Program-made: the position numbers and the translations under genes | The notes under the pieces: generated by a model | The model's input: the letters and a program-made list of their open reading frames with translations, nothing else | Database searches by the model: none | What the model was told of the DNA's origin: nothing | In this document: positions 24,845 to 36,068 of the stretch, in pieces | Layout: every line of letters begins with the position of its first letter | Numbering within the stretch: position 1 is the stretch's first letter | NCBI RefSeq assembly: GCF_963921235.1 | Contig: NC_086109.1 | Coordinates: forward strand, 37,326,001-37,390,000 | DNA from: Mobula hypostoma | Lineage: Eukaryota | DNA length: 64,000 nt | Reading direction: 5' to 3'

Positions 24845-25740
24845 AGAGTCTTGTCATCTTCAGAAGGTTTCGGATGACTGTGCCATAGTTGGATGCATCT
24901 GCAGGGGAGATGAGGCTGAGTACAGGCCTACGGTAGGAAACTTTTTCACATGGTGTGAGCAGAATTATCTGCAGCTTAATGTGAAAAAGACTAAGGAGCT
25001 GGTGGTAGACCTGAGGAGAGCTAAGGTACCGGTGACCCCTGTTTCCATCCAGGGGGGTCAGTGTGGACACGGTGGAGGATTACAAATACCTGGGGATATG
25101 AATTGACAATAAACTGGACTGGTCAAAGAGTACTGAGGCTGTCTACAAGAAGGGTCAGAGCCGTCTCTATTTCCTGAGGAGACTAAGGTCCTTTAACATC
25201 TGCCAGACAATGCTGAGGATGTTCTACGAGTCTGTGGTGGCTAGTGCTATCATGTTTCCTGTTGTGTGCTGAGGCAGCAGGCTGAGGGTAGCAGACACCA
25301 ACAGAATCAACAAAATCATTCGTAAGGCCAGCGATGTTGTGGGGATGGAACTGTACTCTCTGATTTGGTGTCTGAAAAGAGGATGCTGTCTAAGTTGCAT
25401 GCCATTTTGGTCAATGGCTCCCATCCACTACATAATGTACTGGGTGGGCACAGGAGTACATTCAGCCAGAGACTCATTCCTCCGAGATGCAGCACAGAGT
25501 GTCATAGGAAGTCATTCCTGCCTGTGGCCATCAAACTTTACAACTCCTCCCTTGGAGGGTCAGACACCCTGAGCCGATAGGCTGGTCCTGGATTTATTTC
25601 ATAATTTACTGGCATAACTTACATAATACTATTTAACTATTTATGGTTCTATTACTATTTATTATTTATGGTGCAACCGTAACGAAAACCAATTTCCCCC
25701 GGGATCAATAAAGTATGACCATGACTATGACTATGACTAT
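24845..25740 (+). mobile_element. Rex1/Babar LINE 3' fragment
   Basis: CHLQKVSDDCAIVGCI, WCEQNYLQLNVKKTKELVVD, HPLHNVL...RKSFLPVAIKLYN. aataaa followed by a (ctatga)n tail. Confidence 0.9.
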
Positions 25741-26179
25741 TCCCCAAGTACCATGCTACAAGGATTTCTAAAATTTAGATGCATTAACAATCAAAAACTG
25801 ACAACATACCTCTAAGGTAGAATGTTGTGTGACCCAAATTTATAGTTGGATGTTATTAATTAGTGGGAGAGTTTCGGGTTTGGCAGGTACAATGGAGAAT
25901 TTGCAGCTGTTTAGTGACTAGACGGTACACATTGCCTCAGTCTTTGGTGACTTGAGCTTTCCTTGCTCCATCAGCTCAAGTGTCAGTATTGTCCAGGCCC
26001 TGCTGCATGCAGTCACTGAATATTTCAATGGGTCAGACTCCCTAATCAGGTTGCAAAGCAGTGCCCCCTGAGTAGTTAGGGAGGAGAATCCTCCTAAAAG
26101 ATCTTTGCTGTTCCTCCTCTTTCTCTTCCTTCACATTGTCTTCCTTCTTCTCCACAGTGGAAAAGGACTGAGACTGCTT

Positions 26180-26860
26180 AATTCTACATGTGGTGGATGC
26201 AGGAAGCGAACATGAACTGGGACACCCTTTCTAGATACTAATTATCTCAGGCAATGGAAGTGCTGCTTAAGCACCCTGATGACTCGTTGCATTGTACTGC
26301 ATGTGGCAACATGTTAGTTTAAGATAGTGTTCTCTCCTTGTACAAAGAGGCTGACAGGAATCTGGAGACTGGTGATAATAGATAGTCCTTGCTCACTAAG
26401 CAAAACACAATAATCCAGCTTGATGGCTGAAAGAGAGAGAGCGGAGTGACTGGCACAGGATTCTGGAGTAGGTGACTTACTGGATGTCAGACATGTTTAA
26501 CATGTGGTCACACCAGTCAAACAATGAAATGTGTAAACATTTGTAGGTGAGAAATATTTCTGCACGATGATGTAGACCCTTTGTCATTATGAAGAATAGG
26601 AAATGACACACTGTGTGATGGAGAATGATGCACTGTTGGTGAAACCTTACCCTAGCTGAATGCTGCCATCTGCTCTCTACTATGGAGGGGTCAATGGCCT
26701 CACCTCTCCTTGAGTATTCTCCCTAAAACAAAGGTACACTCCATTCTTATGCACTCAGCTGATGTTGCCAGCACAAGCTGGGAGATCATCCACATGGAAA
26801 ACACAGAAATGCACATCGTCACACTCTCTCATGGCAGATAATGACTTTGGGAATGGTTGT
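26180..26860 (-). pseudogene. Decayed HARBI1-like (Harbinger) transposase
   Basis: Revcomp of about 26245-26313 reads HVATCSTMQRVIRVLKQHFHCL (cf. H.ATR..IE..IGVLK.RFRCL). Also ERVSQFMFASCIHH (cf. ERVS.FVV.CC.LHN), LLSD/KDY (cf. LLGDKGY), LV-DH and AGNIS (cf. AGDIS). Confidence 0.7.
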
Positions 26861-28014
26861 TTAAGTATACATTGAAGAGGTGGGAGAATTTTATTTCTAA
26901 GTTTTTTTTCCCCCAGTCAATCCTATGCCTGAGCAGCCACCAACAAGGCTGCAAGTCACCAACGAATCCTTAAGGCTGAAAGTGTTTTTTTTTCTGCAGG
27001 CTTCCCTCGGTGCGTGAATAACACATGGACTGTCACAGCATTGACAGCTCAGACTCCATCTCCACATGCTTGATAAATGCTGACCACTGACCAGTTCACT
27101 GATCGCATGTAATTGGAGTAAAGCTGACAAATCACTTCAGAAGTCCCTCGTTCTGAGTACCTTTGTTTACTGCTGGAAAACTGAATGGAAGTCAGTCAGA
27201 TCCACCATCAACAGCACTGAGCCTAAAATATTCTAAAAAACTGTCTTTGGGATGAGGATATTTATGTCATTAACTCTCTAGCCAACAAAGCTTACCAATA
27301 TGCAGAAGATTACTATAAATACAACAAAATTGAATCAGACAATATAAGAACCTTCTATGATGCGTTCATGTGTTTAACATCTGCACTAGAGATGAGGCAG
27401 GAGAACGTGGAAACCTTATTGTGATTCATCATTGATTTGTGAAAACATTCTATCTAGATTTCCAGTTAATTTCCCAAAAGAGCAAAGGTTTGTCTTATTC
27501 ATGAGACAATTGTGATGGATTGTGATTGACCCAGAAGATGGTATTTATCGTTGAGTAGGAAAAATTGTAAACAGCAGTGATTTCCATTAGTAGTCATATG
27601 CCTGAAAGATGACAAAATGCCAAGTTCTTGATTTACTAAAGTGATAGAACATGCAGACCCACAACATCACTCCGATTTAATATTTGTTTTACATTTTAAA
27701 TGCAAGTGCATTGTCACTTTCATTACCTCTCTCAGCATTTGTAAGATGTTGGATAGTTCATTAATGTTTATTTTTCTACTTTCATTCTCCGCTCAGTGAA
27801 GCAGGTTAAAGAAAGCTGTATAATAACTGTGGAATTATACTTGAGAAAAGAGCTCTGAGGCACTCAAACGCTAAAATGTCACGCAGTCTGTGCAAAGTAA
27901 GTTCATATTTGTGCTAGAGCAACAAATCAAAATATCTACTACTAAGATATCAAATTGTTGTTGCTCCTTTCCATATGGAATATCGGATGGCAACCTTGCC
28001 AGTTCTTTAGCATT

Positions 28015-28470
28015 TCAAAGTTCAAACTTCAAAGATCAAATTACATTTTATTATCAACGTATGTATAAATTATACAACTCTATGATTTGTCTGCTTACAG
28101 ACTAAACAAGAAACCCCAAAAGAACCCAATTTGAAAAAAAAGACCAATACCCAATTTGCAGAGAAAAAAAAAGCAAATCGAATCATGCAAACAATAAAGC
28201 AAGCTTTAGGAATCAGAACGAAATTGAGTCCATAAACCCAAAACCGGCTGAAGTAGGTCCATAATCTCAGTTTCAGTCCATCACATAGAGGCAAATCATC
28301 AAAAAGCTCGCAGACACTAAGCCCAGACCAGCCAGAGCACGACGCAGCCTCAGCTTCAGTGCTGAGGACAGCGGAGTAAAACAACAAAGGGCAGAACCAA
28401 CTCGACCCTCATCTCCGGTCCCGACACTTGCCTTTTCCGTCCACCTGGCCCAACATTTAAATTGTCGGCA
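28015..28470 (-). mobile_element. Second copy of the Rex1-tailed non-coding repeat, family A
   Basis: tgtataaattataca...tgcttacag...aagaacccaatt...aatcatgcaaacaata...agtagg.cca...tttaaattgtc is colinear with 11895-12315. Confidence 0.7.
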
Positions 28471-28479
28471 TTTAAATTA

Positions 28480-28627
28480 TCTTGTCTGTTTTCTTTTACA
28501 GGACTGCATTGCTAGCTGAATGCTCAGCCCAGCACGGGTAGGAAGAGTGCAAGGAGCTGGCCGGATTCGAACCCAGGATCTCTCATCTTGAAGGCAGGTT
28601 TGGATGCCACTACACCACCGGCTGGCT
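28480..28627 (-). mobile_element. tRNA-derived SINE head with intact Pol III A and B boxes
   Basis: Revcomp has TGGTGTAGTGG (A box, 28607-28617) and GGTTCGAATCC (B box, 28563-28573). The body differs from the V-SINE-like copies. Confidence 0.75.
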
Positions 28628-29149
28628 ATAAGATACTAAATAAGCACAATCAACTTAATAACGTGCCATTCTGAGAGTCATGGAAAATTATCTATAAATA
28701 GCTTTAATCTCCAATGAGTTCTTGTCAGATGTAAATGCTTAATTTAAATTTCAAAGCAACCCACCCAGGTTTAGACTACATGGCAAAGTAACAAGCGATC
28801 AACTCATACCTAGGTGATGAATTGATTATTTAAGTGAAGCTTGAGTCCTTCTGTCTATTTCTCTTTGCTGATTCCATGGCCTGATGGGATTAATCAGTTT
28901 TAGGGATAACTGACAGCTTAAGGGCAGGGAGGGGTGAGGACAAATTTGAGAAAGGACAGAAGTGTTTATCCCTCTACTCTTGTTTCTATGGCTTGTCACC
29001 TCTCCACCACTCTAACCACCCAGAGAACTCCTGACCTGAGCTTGGTCAGCAAATCCTCCCTCTAATAAGAAGGGTTGAAAAGGTGCTTGTTTGGCCCACT
29101 CCAGAGTACGTTTTGTCCGTATCGAAGTCAGATATGTCAATCTGGCTGA

Positions 29150-30300
29150 TTTAGAGTCATAGGATCAAAGAGCACAGAAGCCAGCACTTTGGCCAACCAT
29201 CACCCATTTATAGTAAGCCCATATTATTCTCTCTACATTCTCATCAACTACACAGATTCTACCTCTCACCTACAAATTACAACGGAAGATAGAAATGGCA
29301 CATCAAAAGAGCAATGTTACAATAGTGATGGGGGATTCCAATATGCAGATAGATTGAGAAAATCAGGTTGGTGCCAGATCCTAAATGAGAGAATTTGTAG
29401 AATGCCTACGAGATGGCTTTTTAGAGTAGCTTGTGGTTGACCCCACGAGGAGATCAGCTATTCCCGATTGGGTGTTGTGTAATGAACTGGATTTGATTAG
29501 GGAGCTTATGGAAAAGGAACACTTAGGAGACAGTGATCATAGAATTCACCCTGTAATTTGAGAGGTAGAAGCTAAAGGCAGATATATCAGTATTTCATTG
29601 GAGTAAAGGGAACTATAAAGGCATAAGAGGGGAGCCGGCCAAAGTTGATTGAAAGGGGACACTAGCAGGGATGACAGAACAACAGCAATGTTCTGGAAGG
29701 AATTCAGAAGGCAAAGGATGAATAATTCTCAAAGAAGAATTACTCTAAAGGCAGGATGATGCAGCCGTGACTGACAAGGGAAGTCAAAGCCAACATAAAA
29801 GTAAAAGAGACAGCATATAAAAGAGCAAAAAATAGTGGAAAGTTAGAGGATTGGGACACTTTTAAATATCAACAGAAAGCAACTAAAAAAGATCGTAAGG
29901 GGGAAAAAGATGAAATATGAAGGTACATTTAAGGCAGAGGTTGATAGGTTCTACATTAGTGAGGGTGTGAAACATTAGGGGGGAAGGCAGAAGAATCAGG
30001 TTGCAATTGAAATGCATCAGCTATGATGGAATGGCAGAGCAGGCTCAGTGGGTCGAATGGCCTAATTCTGCTCCTCTCTCATATGGTCTTATGGCCTTAC
30101 ACACTCAGCGCAATGTACAGTAACCAATTAACTTATCAACTGACAAGTCCTTGGGATGTGGTGGAAAACCGGAGACCCAGAGCAAACCTAATAACATTAG
30201 ACAACATATAAACCCCACCCAGACAACACTGGAGCTCACGGTTGAACCTGCATTGCTGTAAGTATGAAGCAGCAGCATTATTAGTTATGCTGCTATGCAG
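29150..30300 (-). mobile_element. SINE split by a CR1 insertion (pieces about 29150-29272 and 30098-30300)
   Basis: Tail gagtcataggatcaaagagcacagaa on the left. Core gtccttgggatgtggtggaaaaccggag on the right. Confidence 0.6.
29275..30095 (+). mobile_element. Internally deleted CR1 (endonuclease region joined to 3' end)
   Basis: NVTIVMGD...ECLRDGFLE.LVVDPTR.SAI.DWVLCN...LGDSDH. Abrupt jump near 29922 to tacatttaaggcagaggttgataggtt and the CR1 tail. Confidence 0.8.
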
Positions 30301-31405
30301 CCACTTACGATTGGGTTTCATATAAAAAATATGCACTAGTCTTCTTCGAAAACAATCTCAAACAATATCAGGATCCAATGGCCTTGGAATTACATAATAT
30401 ACTCTCCCAATGTCATCAATTAGGCCTGCCACTACAAATTAACTAAAAAAGCACTGAATAACTTTTAATAAAATCCACATTACAAATGCATGCTCCAAAA
30501 GTTCAAGCAGTTGGAAAAGATTTCTTTATGGAATTAGAAATAAATTTCCAGGGGAATACAATCTCAGAGACTTTCTGGCTTGATAAAAATTGAACTTTGA
30601 TAGCATAATTAAAATTTTGTAAAGTATTAATGACATTAAAAGCAATGGGCAGACTGAAGAATGATCAATGATCTCATGTATTCCATTTAAAATGTCTGAG
30701 CTTTGGTGTTTGAACATTATTTGGCAACTAGCCCAGAACAGCATTGTTTGATAAATCTGCTGTATTAGCATATTCATTAATCCTTTGGTGTCAGTGTTGT
30801 TAGGCAGTAAAGAAATTGAGTGAGCTGATGCTTGGGAGCCAACAGACAAAATTAGAATTACCATCACCACACAAAATTCAAAGGATGGTTTATATTTAGA
30901 CCATGTCTGAATATCTGACAATATTTGTTCCAAGTTTATTAAGTTTGTATCTTGATTAGGAGTTTCAAAATAAGTTACTCACCAAAATTTACAATTTGGT
31001 AGCAATGTTCTTAATAAATAGTCACAAAATATCTCTCAAATTCAGTTAATAAATATTGAGGCACTCTGGGGTCCTGGGGGGGAGGGGCTGTGGTTGACAG
31101 CCCGCCCCAGCATTCCTAATGACCAGCACTATTTATTGTTCTTGTGTTGAAAGGCTTTCGTGGGATTAAGGTGGGATGTATAAATTCACTTACTTGGGTT
31201 ATACAGTTATTTGCATGTGTGTTTGTGGGTTACGCTGCTATAAATGGGGTGTGTAATAATCACCTCTCCTGTCTGTATGTGACTGAATGGGTTCCCTCTC
31301 CAGCTCACGGCACCTGGTCTGTTATTGTCCTCGTCGCAATAAAACCGGAAGCTGAGCTAAACAACCTTCTTTCGTCTGGCATCTCGGACCAAATACTCGC
31401 CACAT

Positions 31406-31423
31406 TGGTGTCAGAAGTGGGAT
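31406..31423 (+). promoter_or_regulatory. Primer binding site complementary to the tRNA-Leu 3' end
   Basis: tggtgtcagaagtgggat lies one base after the LTR-terminal CA and is the complement of the tRNA-Leu(CAA/CAG) end AUCCCACUUCUGACACCA. Confidence 0.85.
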
Positions 31424-33995
31424 TAGAAATTGACGGTGAGATTGAAGAGCTACGACATTGGATGAGGTGCCTTAAAACCCGGGGAATAAGTCAAGGGACA
31501 GAGCAGTATGCCTCCCTGGGCTTAGCTCTCCAAGTCAGGATGCTGACCCGAAGGGAAGGCCTGGGAACCAAGTATTGTGTGTTCCCAGGGAACTCCGATG
31601 GTGTGATCATTCCCTGGATGGGGAACATGGCAGAGAGCATCACCCGCCTCCCTTGCAGCCCGCACTGGAGAACCCAAGACACTGCAGCCATGGAAGGACG
31701 GGCAACATGGTAGATACCACCGAAGCCACCGGAGCAAGAGGAAGACCAACCTGCCTCAGCAATTCACACCACAAAGTCCAGCCTGAAGCCCCCCAAATAC
31801 AATGATGCCAGCTGCCTAGAGCCTTACCTGGCACAAGTCAAACGCAGCATGGCACAATGGCTGGAGCTTCTTGCCCTGGCACTGGAGGGGGATGCCCTGC
31901 AGGCCCTCCTCGACTTAAACCCAGCTAAGCAGTGTGACTACAGGGCTCTCGTAGCAGTGCTGGAGAGGTATTTCGAGCAGAGTTAATTGGAGAAAGCAAT
32001 GAGGGAAGAACTGGGCAGCAGATGGTGCCATGTAGGAGAAAGCCTGGGGCATTTGTGGCAGAACTCAGCCACTGTGCTTGGCATGGCCAACCCCACTTCC
32101 CTCCCGCAGCCCAGGCAGAGCTTGCCCTCCACAGCGTTGTAAAGGCACTGACGTTGGAGCACCTTTGGCAGTATGTTCTCCTGACATCGCTGGCAGAGGA
32201 GGAGAAGGCAGAAGCAATTTTAGGCCCCCCAAGGCATTCCAGCGTTGCCCCGCACACCACGAGCCCAGGTTTGTGTCACCGAGGCAGAGGAGGAAACTGT
32301 CGAGGAGGAGCCCATGAGGAAGGTCCAACCAGAGTCGTACTGGCCCCGCCAATGCCATAGTACGATCACTGCTGCCGGTGGGGCGAGGCAGGCCATGTGG
32401 GCCAGGTGTGCCCTGCAGTACCAGCAAGGCACTGCCCAGTGCTGTCATTGGGAAACGCCAAGTGGGCGACGTTGCCCAAGATCTCCAGCAGAATCCCTCA
32501 ATAGTTGCATCTCTAGATGGGCCGTTTGGGTGAAATACAAAGCTTACACGTGAACTGCATGGTGGAAGGCATCAGTCACTGTCCATTGGTAGACACGGGG
32601 TCAACCATCACCATCATATGTCCGGGCATCCTCCCCAACATGGGCCAGCCATTCCCACCTGGGTGGACAATGACAGCGGTCCAGCTGGCGATGGTTACTG
32701 GTGACTGCGTGGCAAAACGAGGGAAGCGGGAGCTGCACATCACAGTGGGGAAAAACACAGTGGAGCACGAGATGTGGCTGCCCGACATCTGGGAGTCCTG
32801 TATCATTGGGCTGTACTTGCTGTCCCATTGGAGGGGCGGGGGGAGTCCAGTGTGGATGTGCCAGGGGAAACGCTGTACCTCGGCGCTGAAGCCACGGCTC
32901 TCTGGCAAGGTAGCTCCAGGAAGTGGGCCGAGCTGGCGCATCAACAACCACCACTGGTCTCACAGTGGCCTGTGGCAGTGCAGCACACCCTGCAGCTGCC
33001 CGATACGACACAGTGGAAGCAGAGGCAAGTGGCGGTGACAGCTGAGCAGCATGTAGATGAGGGATCTTGCACTGGCCCAGGTAAGGGGATGACTGAGCGA
33101 TATCTGCACTCTGGATCCAGAGACCAAGACCCTATGTTGTCAAAGAGGATCATTGGAGGTGTGTGATTGGTGCTGTTCCAACATTGGCTATTTTCTGATG
33201 ACGGCAGTCATCTCCTCCAGCTGGTGATCCCCCAGGTGCTGCAGTCAGTGCTTGGGCTGGAGGGGGTTGGCCATTTTGGGGCCACAAAGACATTGGGCAA
33301 GCTGCAGCAAAGCTTCTGTTGGGCTAGGTACTGGCAGGACGTGGAGCTGTTCATGCACTGCTGCGACACTTGCAGGTCCCAGAAGGGGCCGGGCTGCCAG
33401 TCTAAGGTGCCAATGCAGCAGTAGCTGGTGGGGGCACCAGTATGGGTATACTGCCCGACCCAGAAGAAGGGACTAATCCCCAAGCTGGGATGCCACTGGA
33501 ATGGGCTGGGAGAGGTGCTCAACCGCATCACTGATGTGCGATTGCCTGAGCGGCGGAAGGCAGTCGTGCTGCATTGGGACCAGCTGGTACCGTATCAGCC
33601 ATTTGCCACCACCAACCCAGCGAAGCTGAAGGAAGGAAGCCCTACCTCTTGCCTCACCAAACAAGGTATCTCCTGGTGGACTCCAGAAACCAACCCCCAC
33701 CCCCACAGTGCCCCAGGTGGCAGCATAGAACACCAGCAGGTCTTTTAGACTTTGTTGTGGACTCTGGTGTTGCCGGGGATGGCTGACTCCTTGGGTGGGG
33801 GCAGTATGGCACTCTCTGGGGGCGGGGTACGTGGTTGACTCCAACATTCCTAATGACCAGAACTATTTATTGTTCTTACGTTAAAACGTTTTTGTGGGAT
33901 TATGGTGGAATGTTCAAGTTCAGTTAATGTTGCATTTTAGCTTGGGTTATACAGTTGTTCACGTGTGTTTGTGGGTCACCCTTGTGTGCAATAAT

Positions 33996-34527
33996 TAGGT
34001 TTGCCAACTTCCTCACTCCCAAATAAGGGAGAAAAGTAGCAGTCAAATACAGGACGCTTGTGTTTACCCCGAGAAAGACTACCATGACCATGAAGCCTTG
34101 TGCGGGCACCTGTGTGTGCATGCGTGTACGTGCCGATTTTTTTTCTACAAATTGGTTTTGGCTTAATCTTCCGGATTCTGTCTGAGTGAAACTACACTGT
34201 ACATACATTATTTCTACTATATATAGGCTGTGTATTTATCATATCATTCCTGCTTTTACTATATGTTAGTGTTATTTTAGGTTTTACGTGTTATTTGGTA
34301 TGATTTGGCAGCTTATTTTTTGGGTCTAGGAACGCTCAAAAATTTTTCCCATGTAAGTTAATGGTAATTGCTTCTTCGCTTTATGCCACTTAGGCTTACG
34401 AATGATTTCATAGGAACGCTCTACCTTAGCTGGGGAAATACGGGACAAGGGCGGTCCCATATGGGACAAACCTATTTAGCCCAATATACGGGATGTCCCG
34501 GCTAATACAGGACAGTTGGCAACCCTA
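33996..34527. mobile_element. Non-autonomous hAT-type DNA transposon inserted in the 3' LTR
   Basis: TIRs taggtttgccaact / agttggcaacccta. 8-bp TSD gcaataat/gtaataat. The 5' LTR has a single gtaataat (empty site). Subterminal (a)cgggaca-like repeats. Confidence 0.88.
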
Positions 34528-35229
34528 GTAATAATCACCTCCACCGACTGTATGTGACTGAGTGGGTTCTCTCCCAGGGTCACATCGACCAGTCTGTTTT
34601 TGTGCTTGTCATGATAAAACCAGCAAATGAGCTAAGCGAACTCCTCTTGTCTGTCAACAAAACTATTGATACATTTTTGACTGAAGTTAGCTGATTTTAT
34701 CGAGAAGTCATGTTACGTGTTTTGCTCTATTACAAGTCAAATGCTCTTCCGCTAGTTGCCACTGAGCTTCTAAAATTAGATTTTTAGTTAGTTCAACCCA
34801 GACAGAATTATAGAAAGGTGACTCCGCAGGGGAGTTCATCCGTGCTAGACGCTTGGGCTCGTGTAGCTCAGCTGCACAGGAGGGGAGGGGGAGCGGCAGA
34901 ACAAGAGTGATCAGGGATTTAACAGTTAACAAGTTTTTTTCCCCGTGGTTTTAGTTGTGACTTCAGCAAGTTATAGAGCGTCCATGGTGCCAGGTTCAGA
35001 ATGCTACTGAACAGTTACAGAGCATACAATAGTCAAGGAGGAAGATGTCAATCATAAGGTGTGAACCTATTACAATAATAATGACATAGGTAGAAAAGAG
35101 GTCTTGCGAGCAGATTCTGGGGAAGTAAGAAAAATATTAAAAAATCAGGGACTCCATCGAATCAATCTCAGGATTACCCCCGGTACTGCATGCTAACAAG
35201 TATTGAAGTAGGAGGAGAGAATGGAACAG

Positions 35230-35522
35230 TAATGTAGAGTTAGTGCAATCATTTTACAGCAGCAGTGATCGCTGATCACGGTTCAGATTGCCCCCCACCC
35301 CCACTACGTGTACAGAGTTTGTGCATTCTCCCTGTGACCGAGTGGGTTTCCTCCCACATTCTAGAGACATGTGGTTAAGGTTAGTAAGCTAGGGGCATGC
35401 TATGTTGGTGCTGAAACCATGGTGACACTTGATAGCTGCCCCCAGCACAATCCTCATTGACTTGACACATTTCACTATGTGTTTCGATGTTTCAATGTAT
35501 ATGTGACAAATAGAGCTAATCT
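35230..35522 (+). mobile_element. V-SINE-like core with a Rex1-type tail
   Basis: Core gagtttgtgcattctccctgtgaccgagtgggtttcctcccacatt. Tail atgtgacaaatagagctaatct. Confidence 0.75.
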
Positions 35523-35660
35523 GAATGGCTACAGAGTTAGTACAGAAGAGTGGACTTTCAATTTTGGAGGCAGTTAGTCTGTTTCTGGGGCACATGAAAT
35601 ATGAACAAATCAAAGGAAAATTCTGCTCAGCAAGACTGGGGTGATATACTCATTGGGATT

Positions 35661-36068
35661 GCAAACATGAGAAAATCTGCAGATGCTGCAAGTCCAAAGC
35701 AACACACACACAAAATGCTGGAGGAACTCAGCAGGCCAGGTAGCATCTTTGGAAAGGAATAAACAGTCGATGTTTCAGGCCGAGTCCTGACGAAGGATCT
35801 CGGCCCGCAACACCGACTGTTTATTCTTTTCCATAGATTCTACCTGGCCTGCTGTGTTCCTCCAATATTTAGATTAGATTATGAAGACATGTAGTCCCCT
35901 TTTATTGTCATTTAGTAATGCATGCATTAGGAAATGATACATTATTTTCTCCGGTGTGAGATCACAAAACACAGGACAAACCAAGACTGAAAAAACTGAC
36001 AAAACCACATAATTATACATATAGTTACAAACAGTGTAATAATACCATAACTTGATGAAGAAAGTGTG
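35661..36068. mobile_element. Palindromic Penelope-terminal mini-element; right arm interrupted at 35870-36062
   Basis: Inverted arms meet at caggccgag|tcctgacgaagg. Diverged TSD atactcattgggat (35646-35659) / atactcgctaggat (36069-36082). Confidence 0.8.
35870..36062 (-). mobile_element. 5'-truncated copy of the family B Rex1-tailed element
   Basis: Colinear with 16603-16793. Confidence 0.85.

Larger units (their letters stand above)
31057..34659 (+). mobile_element. Gypsy LTR retrotransposon with RT/RNase H deleted (LTRs 31057-31404 and 33805-about 34659)
   Basis: Direct repeats (cattcctaatgaccag..ctatttattgttctt), PBS, and PPT gggtgggggcag (33793-33804). Gag knuckle remnant CCRWGEAGHVGQVC, protease LVDTGSTITII, integrase GHFGATKT...CDTC and a C-terminal VWVYCP...HWNG segment. 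Confidence 0.9.

Noticed and set aside
28555..28627. Possible tRNA gene
   Set aside because: It has A and B boxes, but I could not fold a convincing cloverleaf, and it continues into a SINE-like body.
30526..30933. 135-aa ORF in non-repeat sequence
   Set aside because: No ATG start, no recognisable domain and an AT-driven composition. I found no convincing splice signals. Non-coding conservation remains untested.
31144..31713. 189-aa ORF as a possible host gene
   Set aside because: It runs through the 5' LTR, PBS and leader of the Gypsy element, so it is a chance open frame.
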